A DNA stretch of 64,000 bases from Raja brachyura (lineage: Eukaryota), in NCBI GenBank assembly GCA_963514005.1, contig OY740813.1, positions 16,120,001 to 16,184,000 on the forward strand, in the 5' to 3' direction. How positions within the stretch are numbered: position 1 is the first letter of the stretch; each line of letters starts with the position of its first letter. Positions 11,569 through 23,345 of the stretch are shown here, piece after piece. The notes under the pieces are model-generated. The model did no database searches and was not told where the DNA came from. It worked only from the letters and a program-made list of their open reading frames with translations. Both the position numbers and the translations under genes were made by a program.

Positions 11569-14055
11569 GCCTATCTTCTTCGCTCCTTAGATGCTGCTGC
11601 ACCCGCTGAGTTTCTCCAGCCATTTGTGTACCCTCGATTCGCCAGCATCTGCAGTTCCTTCTTTAACACTTTGCCTACTTTCAATGACTGGTGTTCCATG
11701 ACACCCAGGTCTCGTTGCATCTCCCCTTTTCCTAACTTGCCACCATTCAGATAATAGTCTACCCACCTGTTTTTGCCATCAAAGTGGATAACCTCACATT
11801 TATCCACATTATACTGCATCTGCCATGCATTTGCCCACTCACCCAGCCTATCCAAGTCACCTTGCAGCCTCCTAGCATCCTCCTCACACCTAACACTACC
11901 TCCCAGCTTAGTGTCATCCGCAAACTTGGAGATGTTGCATTCAATTCCCTCGTCCAAATCATTAATATATATTCTAAATAGCTGGGATCCCAGCACTGAG
12001 CCTTGTGTAATTCTTTGTAATTGCAACTTTTGCTCATGGACTTCCTTTAACATGGAAAAACTTTCCAAAGTACTTCCCAGAAGTGTTAAAAAACAGGCAA
12101 AACTGGCTATTCAAGTAAATTGGATCCAGCAGCTCATTCTTGGTTCTTAATGCCGTTTTTATATCCCAAATGCAAACTAGATACTTATGGGTTCATATGT
12201 GAAACTTGCATTATTCTTAAAATATTCCAGTTCAAAAAATATTCAAAAACAGATTAATTCTCCTAGACTTTAGCCCCTCAGTGCCTGAAAATTCTTTCTC
12301 ACTTAAAAGCTCTGACTCTGTTTTCAGGTTACGCCTCAGCTTGATATGTCTTTAGTACACATCGTGTACTGTTGAATTTTCTGAGAAAACCCTAAAAAAT
12401 GAATAATTAGCCTTGGTGGATTGAATGCTGATGCAGTCAAAACCTTACTAGATCTCTCAGTGTTAGGTTATGAGGAGAAATGAAGTCAGCTTATATTCCC
12501 AAACATATAAAAGATTACAACTGATGTTCGAAAATAATTGATGGAGTAGATACAAGGATTGATGGAGTAGATCCTGACAGTAGCGGTATCCAGGGCATTA
12601 AGATTTAACCTGGAGAATAGGTTGAAACTAGAAAACAATTCTTCAAGCATAACGTGGATGCATCTAACTTTTTCCCACAAAAAATACCAGCTGGTGACTC
12701 ATTTATCAATTCCAAATTGAGGGGTTCAGTACATTTTTGCTGTTCAAACGTTTTGTTATTAAAGGATGTCAATCAGGGATGGACAGATGGATTTAGGACA
12801 GGTGGGCCATGTTCCCTCTGAATTACAGTGTAGAGTTAAGGGATGAATGTCCTATACCATGTTCCTGTTTCTTTTCAAAGATGATTATTGAAAATAGAAT
12901 GGCATAGATTTTGCTCAGAATTTACTACTTTAAGCCAGAACTGCTGCAAAGGAAACTTCCTCAACAAATCTGGGTCTAGACCAGCAAGATCTCATGCAAC
13001 ACATAGATCGATTATTGATCGAATTACAATGCTTGGATACAAGTCACCCACAAGGCATAAGCAGCAGGTAAAATTGTCAAACAGCTCAAATATTTGTGAA
13101 TTACAACTCACAAATCTTCTGATCTCAGATTTTAAATTATTAATCAGTGTCAAAGAGTCATACAACACGGGAACAGGACCTTGGGCCCAACTTCCTCATG
13201 CCGACCAAGCAGCCCCACCTGCTCTAGTCCCACCTTCCCACCAGGCCCATATCCTTCCAAACCTTTGTGCTGCTTTTTGAGGGAGATATTTACATTCTTC
13301 CAACATATGCCTGAGAAATCTAATTTCTCACTTGGCCTTGGCTCTGTTTTTATTGTTATGACCCATGGTTATGTTCAAGATTTTTGGCAACTTCTAATAG
13401 CAGTCGATGTCTCTCTGCTTCCTTAATCAATTCCTTTCAAAATCCTAAAACCCAAGACTATAACTAGTGCAACCTTGTAAGATTTTCTCCATTCAAATAT
13501 TATGACAATTATGCTCATGGCAACATGGCCAAACCACAATCGAAAAGTAGCCCTAAAACATTTTGGAGTCAGTAGAAAGACAGCCTAAAATGACTTGTTT
13601 GAGGACAGTGGACTATATATAGGATAATTGGGAAGGTTATCCTTGTTCCCCTTCATTCAAAGCCAGGTAGCATTATTGCAACTTAATGTTTCCAAGGAAC
13701 AACATTTCATTGTTAAAATGTAGACAGAAATTGATATCATGTTAATTTATCCAGGCACAATGAGGAATTTGGTCTTTCCAGGTTACTCCTGTTTCTAAAC
13801 ATTAGGACTCCTCTTTTATATCTCTGTTTGGTATGCATGGAATCTCAGCAACAAACTTAAATTATCAAAGGATACTCTCTGTGCTTTTGAGACAATTAAC
13901 TACCTTTGCTTTTCTTCTCAGAAACAAGGCTAGACATGACATGGCATTTAAAAGCAGCCACTGCATTTACACAATTTCATACTTCCATCTTTAATAAATT
14001 CAAAATAGTATTAGTAGTCTCTAATGCTGAATGTTAAGTCTTCTGGTCACTCATA

Positions 14056-14248
14056 AGGGCCTGTCCCACTTATGAATTTTTTTCGGCGACTTGCCGGCAC
14101 CCGTCATTGTCGCAGCAGGCTGCTGAAAATGTTTAACATGTTGAAAATCCAGCGGCGACCAGAAAAAGATATGACTCTTTGGGCGACTACTAACGGACAT
14201 ACAGGCGACATGTCGCGGGGTGACGCCTGTATGGTTGTCCACCAGTGG
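14056..14248. mobile_element. Truncated PIF/Harbinger-type MITE (one TIR)
   Basis: Begins agggcctgtcccact, the same TIR start as the element at 31873. No matching right TIR seen. Confidence 0.6.
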
Positions 14249-14249
14249 T

Positions 14250-15478
14250 AAATTAAATTGATTTGGAAAGGCACAAACCTATTTATATAAGGTCCCACAG
14301 TTGACAGTACATGTCGGTGCAAAAACCAAGTCATGAAGACAGGATTGTGTCGAGACACAGATCTGGGGAAGGGTATAAAACAATTTCTGCAGCATTGCAG
14401 GTCCCGAAGAGCACAGTGGCATTTGTAAATGAAAGAACTTTGGAACCAGCAGGGCTCTTCATAGAGCTGGCTGCCCAGCCAAACTGAGCAATCGGGGGAG
14501 AAGGGCCTTGATCAGGGAGGTGACCAAGAACCCGATGGGCACTCTAACAGTGCTCCAGAGTTCCTCTGTGGATATGGGAGAACCTTCCAGAAGGACAACT
14601 ATATCTGCAGCACTCCACCAATCAGGCCTTTATGATAGAGTGGCCAGACGGAAGCCGAGGTAAAAGGCACATGGAGTTTGCCTAAAGGCACCTAAAGGAC
14701 CGTCAGACCATGAACTCTTTGGAATTGAACTCATTGGCCTGAATGCTTGCGTCACGTCTGGAGGAAACCAGGCACCACTCATCACCTGGCCAGTACCATA
14801 CCTACGGTGAAGCATGGTTGTGGCAGCATCATGCTGTGGGCATGTTTTTCAGCGGCAGGAACTGGGAGACTAGTCAGGATTGTGGAAAAGATGAACGGAG
14901 CAAAGTACAGAGAGATCCTTGATGAAAACCTGCCCCAGAGCGTTCTGGACCTCAGACTGGGGCGGAGGTTCACCTTCCAACAGGACAACGACCCTAAGGA
15001 CACAGTCAAGACAACACAGGAGTGGCTTTGTTACAAGTTTGTGAATGTCCTTGAGTGGCCCTGAGTTGAACCCGATCGAATATCTCTGGAGGGACCTAAC
15101 AATAGCTGTGCATTGACGCTCCCCATCCAACCTGATAGAGCTTGAGCGGATCTGCAGAGAAGAAATGGAGAATTTACCCAAATACAGGTGTGCCAAGCTA
15201 GTAGCGTCATACCCAAGAAGACTTGAGGCTGTAATCACTGCCAAAGGTGCCTCAACAAAGTACTGAGTAAAGGGTCTGAATACTTACATAAATGTGATAT
15301 TTCAGTTATTACTTTTTTATTTACGTTGCAAAATTTCTAAACACCTGTTTTTGCTTTTTTATTATGGGGTATTGTGTGTAGATTGATGATTTTTTTAAAA
15401 ATTTAATCCATTTTAGAATAAGGCTGTAACAATATGCGGAAAAAAGTGATGGGGTCTGAATATTTTCTGAATGCACTG
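14250..15478 (+). mobile_element. 5'-truncated Tc1/mariner DNA transposon (IR/DR type) with decayed transposase
   Basis: ATG at 14333. VWRKPG...TVKHGCGSIMLWACF...FQQDNDPK...WP...LNPIEYLW (DD34E family). TKY-TGA ends at 15266. Direct repeats ggtctgaata at about 15271 and 15451. Terminus aatgcactg followed by TA. Confidence 0.93.
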
Positions 15479-17431
15479 TAAGTCACTCCAACATCAAGTG
15501 TATAGTTCCTGATGTGTATTCTACAGACAATGTGATTGCCAGTGTAAAATCAATGCAAGATATCATAGACTTATAGATTCAGCATTGGAGCAGACCCATT
15601 CGTACACTGCATCTATGCCAACCATCATGCCTATCTATACCAATCCCATGCATTCATTTAATATCCCTCTGCCTTTTTCCTATCATTGATTAGGCTAAAG
15701 GTTTCTCTATGATAGATTATTTAAAAAATAATAGAAGTTTCCATGCCTTTAGAATAACAATGACGTGAAGAGTGTGTGGGATTTTCTTCTGGATATGATG
15801 AACATTTTAGTGATAGGATGAACAGGAACATATTTCACATAAAATAGATTGAGAATAAAGGGGACAAGATAGCGATTGACACAGAAAGGTTTATGAGCAC
15901 ATGTGGAGCATGATAAGAATATCAGGACCAGAACTGTCATTGGGTTCAAAGAACAAAGACTTTAAAACACTTTGCAGGGATAATGGAATAAGAACAGAAA
16001 GTACTGGAAACTCTCAGCAGGGCAGGCAGCAGCTGTGGAAAAACAAGCAGAGTTAAGTTTTGAGGCTGAGACCCTTCCTCAGAACTGGAAAAGTGAGTCC
16101 AGAACATTTTTACCTTTGAATCAGAATGTTACCTATTTTAGTACCACAAAGGAATCTCAACATATAATGTATGATCTGCTCCGGTTCAGTGTTATAGTGT
16201 TATCCTTCAGACAAGTTGTTAAAACAAACTCCTGCGTATCTGCTCACGCTAGCAAAAATGCATAATTCAACCCAAAGCTGTTGTGTCCCGATCAACATTC
16301 CTTCCTCAAAACTTCACCAGTGGCTGTTTTTGGCAATTTATTGTACATGATAGCTGCATTAGCTTCCACGTCATTACTGTAGATAATTCCTTGTATGTTT
16401 GGCACTTGAAAATATTTTGATGACTAAAAGGAAGATGTTTTACGAACTGATGAAAGAGAATGAAACTGTGACATCCCCTCTTTTGCACCAAGCTGACATG
16501 TAAATGCTTGTAAATAAAACGGTCTTTAAAATAATGGACAGAGAATGCCATGCAAATGCATTAAATGTTCAATTACTACCAGCAGTATTTTTTAGCCTTG
16601 GCTCTACTGGAAATAGAAGCAGTAATTATTAAACAATTAAAGTGCTCAGAACAAGGTTTGCAGCACCACAGTAGGGAGAGAAACATTCTGGTAGCATCGA
16701 GATCCAACTCCCTGTCAAAGTGTTTGTAACATCAAGAGCCAACTCCCTGTCAAAAGTATGGTGTTCGCAATCTATCGTGTGCTTATTAATTATCATTTTT
16801 ACCATTTGGAGTTCACGTCCTAGGCCATTCTAATAAAATATATATGATCTATCTTCCCAGGCATTGTGTGATAAAAATACAATCTGACCTCCAAGGTGAG
16901 TATGTAAACAAGCTAAGAACAGAGTATGGAAAACAAATAACTTCTCCAATATCCTCACAAAGAGTCCAGTAGTTTCTGCTTCACATTAAATAATGAAATC
17001 CCATAAAGAGAAATCCGAACATGATTTCTAATAATTTATATTGAATTAAATGAGAATGCTCAAGGAAAAGGTAATTGAAATCTTTCATGGCAGGAAGCAT
17101 CCTCTCCCTCTCACAGAAGAAATAAACTCAACCAGTTTCCAGGAGGTCCTAAGGTATAATATGGCTGGTTTGGATTGTGCCTGCCATCGGCCAGCTCTGC
17201 TGGTCTTGATCCATGTGCAGGACCATGATATATGACTGCCACTGCCTAGTTTTCTGCCAGGAGCTTGCACCATTCTTAAAAGGGAGGTCAGCCAAAAGAG
17301 CATAAAAGTGCACCTCAGTAGAAAGGACTGTAAATCTCACCTCTATAAGATTATCCTCAGCCTCCTGTGCTCCAAGGAATAACATTCTAGCCTGCCTAAG
17401 CTCTTCCTTTAACAATTCCTTTGAATCATGG

Positions 17432-18070
17432 CAGTGAAGAAAGCTAAAGGCATGTTGGCCTTCATAACGAGAGGATTTGAGTATAGGAGCAAAGAGGTCC
17501 TTCTGCAGTTGTACAGGGCCTGGAGTATTGTGTGTAGTTTTGGTCTCCTAATTTGAGGAAGGACATTCTTGCTATTGAGGGAGTGCAGCGTAGGTTCACA
17601 AGATTAATTCCTGGGATAGAGGGACTATCATATGATGAAAGAATGGAGCAACTGGGTTTGTATTCACTGCAATTTAGAAGGATGAGAGGGCATCTTATAG
17701 AAACATATCAAACTATTATGGGACTGGACATGCTAGATGCAGGAAACACGTTGCTGATATTGGGGGGACTCCAGAACCAGGGGCCACAGTTTAAGAATAA
17801 GGGGTAGGCCATTTATAACTGAGATGAGGAAAAGCTTTTTCACCCAGAGAGTTGTGAATTTGTGCAATTCTCTGCCTCAGAAGGCAGTGGACGCCGATTA
17901 ACTGGATGCGTTCAAAAGAGAGTTAGATAGAGCTCTTAGAGCTAGTGGAATCAAGGAATATGGGGAGAAGGTAGGAACGGGGCACTGATTGTGGATGATC
18001 AGCCATGATCGCATTGAATGGCTCGAAGGGCCAAATGGCCTACTCCTGCACTTATTTTCTATGTATTTAT
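17432..18070 (+). mobile_element. CR1 LINE 3' fragment
   Basis: RKDILAIEGVQRRFTRLIPG...LGLYSLQFRRMRG, tail ttctatgtatttatg. Confidence 0.9.
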
Positions 18071-18074
18071 GTAA

Positions 18075-18445
18075 ACATCTTCATAAATCTTCTCTGCATT
18101 CTTTCCAGCTTAATGCCATCTTTCTCAAAGCAGAATGTCCAAAACTGAACACAATACTCCAAGTGTTGCCTCATCAATATCTTGTATAACTGTAACATAA
18201 CGTTTCAACGTATATACTGAATTCACTGACCGATGAAAGCTAACATGCCAAAAGCCTTCTTCAATCCCTATTTATCTGAGATACCACCTTCAGGGAACTA
18301 TGCACTTGTATTCCCAGATCCCTCTGCCATTCACAGTAAAGGTCCTGCCCTGGTTTGACTTCCCAAAATGCCACTCTTCACATTTATCAGAATTAAACTC
18401 CCTAAGCCATTCCTCAGCTCACTGCCCAGTTGATCAAGATCCAGT
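18075..18445 (-). mobile_element. Degenerate CR1 fragment
   Basis: Homologous to 1540-1845 (ctctgcattctttccagctt...ttgtataactgtaacataac...aaagccttctt). Confidence 0.7.
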
Positions 18446-18569
18446 CATCGGGAGATACTGCACGAAAACAAGCCCTTCAACCCATCAACCATCAAAGACC
18501 TATTTATACTAATACTACATTTGTCCCTTTTCTCCACATATTCTCATTGATTTCCCTCAGGTTGTACCA

Positions 18570-18775
18570 CTGTATATGCTTTATAGTAGCCAATTAATCT
18601 ACCAACCTGCATACCTTTGGAATATGGGAGGAACTTATCAACTGTGGGAAATCCATATAGTCACAGGCAGACCTGCAAACTCCACATATACAGCACCCTG
18701 GGTACGGATCTCAATCTCTGGCATTGTGAAGTAGTGGTTCTAACAGCTGTGCGACTGTGCTACCCTCGCGCACTA
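18570..18775 (-). mobile_element. Degenerate V-SINE
   Basis: ccaattaatctaccaacctgcatacctttggaatatgggaggaa...tgcaaactccaca is the reverse complement of a V-SINE core. Confidence 0.55.
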
Positions 18776-21169
18776 GAACATTTCTATAAAATAAATGAAA
18801 TCAACTGAAGTTGCAGCTTTAGTTCTTGGAAATAAGTAATATAGATAGCTATAAAATAAAATTTAAAAAACTGTAAACTCAGCTTTGAGTGTTATTTCTC
18901 AACTTAACCAACCAACAGTGTTAAGAAAATAGCTGTGAATAATTCTGATTGAATCCTGTTAGAGCCTCCAGTTGAGGTGATTGGTTCCACTAACTTTCAT
19001 TCCTGCCCTATCAATAGCCTGGTCAGAATTTTATCCAATCAAACATGGCAGATGCTGGAAATCTGAAATAAAAACATAAATATTGGAGCTTCTCATCAGA
19101 TCAGTCAGCATTCAGAGAGAGAGAGAGGAAGAATGAATGAGCTGAAACTCTACTTATTCCATTTCCTGCCTCACAAATGAGCAAACAGACCTGCGGGTGG
19201 TCCCTGGCACTTTCTGATCGAAAATGCAACTTCCAATTTCATTGAAAACCTTAGTTTTCTTTGCACTCTCCTGGCAAGCCTCCAATGAGCATGGAACACC
19301 AGTTGCCAGCTTGAAATAATACAACAGAATGTGTGCAGCATAAACGTATTCCTCTACTGATCCAGCAACATTTCCAGCACCGCGTCCATTGTGCTTCACA
19401 GGGGTCACTATCATGGACTGTAAACAAACATCTTTACCACAGTCGTAAACATTAATGCTGTACACTGCTTAATGCAAGCTGCCTGTTGCTTGCTAGTTCT
19501 CCATTTGTACAATTTAAAAGCATGCTCCAGCCATAGCAGCTGGTGTCACAAGCATCTCATCTTTGGTGTCAAGATGTTTTCTGGTGTCAGTAAATCCGTT
19601 TAACTGCGTTTCGCATAATTTTCTCAAGATGTTAGCATGTTAACATACCTTTGAACCAAAATCACTAATTTATTTCCTATGGTGGCCAGCACTGGTCCAA
19701 TCAGCCCATGAGGAACTGAATGTAGGTGGAAGTGAACAAATGCCAGTCATCTCTCTGTCACAGAACCAGAACTATTCAATTTTCATCCCAAATATTTTGT
19801 TCCTTCTCAATAATTCCACTGGAATGTTAAGATCAGGAAATTGAACCTTTCAGAGGGAATGATACATTCCTCACTTATTTGACTCACAAGGAAAGCAATA
19901 AGTGTTGAGGAGCACGCCAACTAAAGAAACCTTCTACCCAAGGGCCCAGTTGTAGACTTAGGGTCAATTCAGTAATCCTCCTTTTGGCTCCCGAAACCTA
20001 CTATGGATTCAAACTGGCTCAGTGTGGTCTGCACACCTCAATAACACTGATCGGTTTTGAAGCCTAACAATTCTAGTCGTGGTATGAACATACAGATAGT
20101 TAATCAAGGCCTTGCAGGCTGTAGGAAAGAAATATAAATCACCTGCCAAGCTTTTTGTAGTCATATTGAAAACACTTTTCGGTGTGAGAAGAAAAAGCTT
20201 TCAATTTTGTCAGACAGATTTTGAAGTAAGCCATAATCATCAATAGGCCCAAAGAAAGTGATGAGGCTTCTCACCTGGGCTCCGAGCGCAAGCCTCCAAT
20301 TAAAGAAAAATTGTTTGTTTTTAATGGTCTTTTACACTGACAAGTGGGCAATCATTCCAGCACCGGTAGCTGTCAGGGATCCAGGAAAATCCTCAGTTGA
20401 TAATGCCCAATGCTTCCAATTAGGAGCAGAGCCGCTCCTGGAGCGCTAACGATTCCCCAGTCTCCACAGGCCCTCGATCAGACTTTTACTGCAAATTACT
20501 GACACAAAACAACTTGTATTGATGGCGGAACATGTCGTCCGTGGCTGCTGAGTTTAATGAGGCGATGGAAGTTTGGTTTTGCTGAATTTCTTTGTTTGAC
20601 AGCTGCTTGGGAAGAGGAGTGTTGACCTTATAAAAGATTTAGTGATTCTCATTATATTCTGTCAAGTAGTAGAGTGATGTGTTTCTAAGTAATTTGCATC
20701 CAGGCTCCTTGTGCATATTTTTGCAGAGCATTTCTATATCAAAAAAGTAACTGTTGCAGTCTCTCCATCAGTTTTTTTTAAAAGTGGTTGTCCGAAAGCT
20801 GCTTTCTCATGCGAGGGTGGAGGAGAGTGAAGTAAAGGAAACAAATATATCTGTGCCAGTGTCCACCTCGAAATGGAACTTAGAGTTTTAGTTTTTCGTG
20901 GATATATTATAAAACTAACAACACATAGTGGCAGATGGTGTACACAGCAGGGAATACTGGTGATAAGAGTGGCTCTGTATCTGTGACGTTTCCTGACACA
21001 AATCTAGACCACTTGCTGAACAAGACTGTAACTATAATAGGTTTTGTGGGTGTGATTATTTTTAACAAGTTGTCAGCAGCTCTTGAGAATTGTTGATAAT
21101 TTTTCCTTTTGTTGTTTTCCTGTATGATGGACCATGCTGGATTATCAGCGGTCTGTGACTGCACTCTTT

Positions 21170-21198
21170 GGTGGGTGGGTGGGTGGGTGGGTGGGTGG
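21170..21198. repeat. (GGGT)n microsatellite
   Basis: About 7 tandem GGGT units. Confidence 0.9.
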
Positions 21199-23109
21199 TG
21201 GGAACACAACAGAAGAATGCAATTAGCGATTGCAAACAAGGTGTAATTTCTTCTTGCTGGCTATTCAATCTGTCGGTCCTATTACTTGTTGCGGCCTGAA
21301 TAGCCGAGGACGATTGTTCTGGTGCCATCACTTGGGCAATGTCACACAAAACACCTGAAAATGAGGGAGAGCCAATTTGGAGTAACTCAGTAACTGGCGC
21401 CTATTTTTGTTGGATACATTATATTTCAGAAATATTGCCTCTTTCCATTTTATATGAACTCCAACATTACAAAAATGACTGGTTAAAAATAATGCTATTT
21501 TGGCTATAAATCAGCTTAGAGCATTCAGAGGTTGTGAAAAGCACTATATAAATACAGAAAATGCAGGAAAGAGTGAGCAGGTAAGGCAGTATCTATGGAA
21601 AGAGAAACCGAATTAATGATTCAGGTTGAAGAGTCTTTGTCAGTAAGTACAAATTCTGAATGTCCTTAACCCAAAACATCACTCCTGAGTATTCTCAGTA
21701 TTTTCTGCTTTATTTCATCATTTTTTAATTTTATTTTTCTGAATTTTTTTCACTGTGTAATGCATTTATCTCTTTGAGTTATCAATTTATGCACTATTTT
21801 TATTTTTAATTATCCACTGACATCTCTTGTGATAATTCCACTAAGACTCACTTCCCTTTTCTTCCCATTTTTTCCTATTGATTATACTGTAACAGGTGAA
21901 CGTTGCAGTGGTATGTTTTAGGAAATTTGGAATTTGGGAATTTATCATATGGAAGATGTCCGTTTATTCCATCTTTATCACGTGAGCCATAGACTAATCC
22001 TACCTCACAACCATTGGCCTGTAACGCTGGTGCCTGCAGCAATTCAAGAGCTTGGCCAACCATTCTTTAACATGACCAAGGTTTTTTTAACTTGCAAGGA
22101 TTAAAACACAAATTCCACATTTGTACATCTATAAACATCTAAACATTTTTCACAATAAACATCTAAAATGTTCTAAACTTCTGCTTATATTTTTATGGTT
22201 AGGTTGTGAATTGTCAGTGTAGATGTCAGTGTGGATGGATATTTATAGCTCTCTTTTGATCTTATTCGAATTGTGGATTCACTGGAATTGCAAACTAAAA
22301 GTTGGAAATAGCCAAATGATCAATTCTACACTTTGGAGATTGTAACTATTCAGATGTTCCTGATATTTACACAATTAAGACAAAGGTATATCAGAGATTG
22401 GGGGATAACAGTAACATCACCGCTCTGGTTATGTAAATATTGAAAGCTGTAAAATATTTGTCAACTGTTTACATATTATCGATCAATTCTAGATTGGTTA
22501 TAACCATCAGGCTTGAATAAAGTCATGCCCATTTTGGCTTCTTCCCAAAGTGAACCACAGTGACAAACTATATTATCCCGCTCTTTGTGACTGGGAGTAA
22601 CAACAGACCCCCTGTATACACACAAACTGTAGGTTATAGCAAAATGCTGCATTACAGAAGGATTGCGCAGCATCTTTATTACTTTGGGTTCTATGTGATC
22701 CATATTCAAAGCCGCCAAACATCTTCCCCAGCCATGTACTGATTTATAACCACATTAGGGAAAATGGTGTAGTAAGATTTTCCGTAAAGGATTCCAATCT
22801 CTGTTCGCCAAGGACATTCCGTAACTGGGTATGGTATCAACAGCATTGTTGCAGAGGACGTGAAAATAACTTCCTCTGGCCATGAAGGCATCGTGCATCA
22901 CACACCAGGGAACCACACAGTACTGGACCAATGGATGTGCGGGACTGTAGTAGAGTTGCCAGGGAAATAAGATAGTTGTGTTGTGAACATCCCAGGACTT
23001 GTTGCATTGGTTAGTTAGTTTAACACATTGGGTGCAATATTATATATAGTTTTGTTACTTTAAAATGATATCTTTTTTAAACATTGTAACATTATTCTTC
23101 AAGAAAATC

Positions 23110-23345
23110 CTCTGCAGCTCATTCTATGGATGTAACACCCTCTGTGTGAAAATGTCGCCCCTCAGATTCCTATTAAATCTTCCTTTCACCATAAACCTAT
23201 GTCCTCTAGTTCTTGATTTCCCTTTCCTGGCAAACAATCCCTGTGCATTCACCCTATCTATTCCCCTCATGATTTTATACAGCTCCGTAGGACCACCTAT
23301 CAACCTCCTGTGCTACTCGTCTGCCCAATCTCTCCCTATAGCTCA
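23110..23345 (-). mobile_element. Old CR1 3' fragment
   Basis: caccctctgtgtgaaaatgtcgcccctcagattcc...tgtcctctagttcttgat...cccctcatgattttatac. Confidence 0.65.

Larger units (their letters stand above)
11449..11671. mobile_element. Palindromic non-autonomous Penelope-derived element with 15-bp TSD
   Basis: TSD tgcctactttcaatg at 11434-11448 and 11672-11686. Inverted arms 11448-11539 and 11541-11632. Confidence 0.85.
10753..12005 (-). mobile_element. CR1 LINE (RT C-terminal half and 3' end) interrupted by a Penelope-derived insertion
   Basis: Minus ORFs QGSVLGSQLFRIYINDLDEGIECNISKFADDTKLGG and KANGMLAFIAKGFEYRSREVLLQLYRVLVRPH. Tail catagaaacatatagaaa at 10755. Confidence 0.93.

Noticed and set aside
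14333-15266. Active Tc1 transposase
   Set aside because: Multiple deletions, frameshifts and stops, and the left TIR is missing.
21875-22063. 62-aa minus ORF (GCEVGLVYGSRDKDG...) as a nested gene exon
   Set aside because: No recognisable family, no convincing splice pair, and length within chance expectation.
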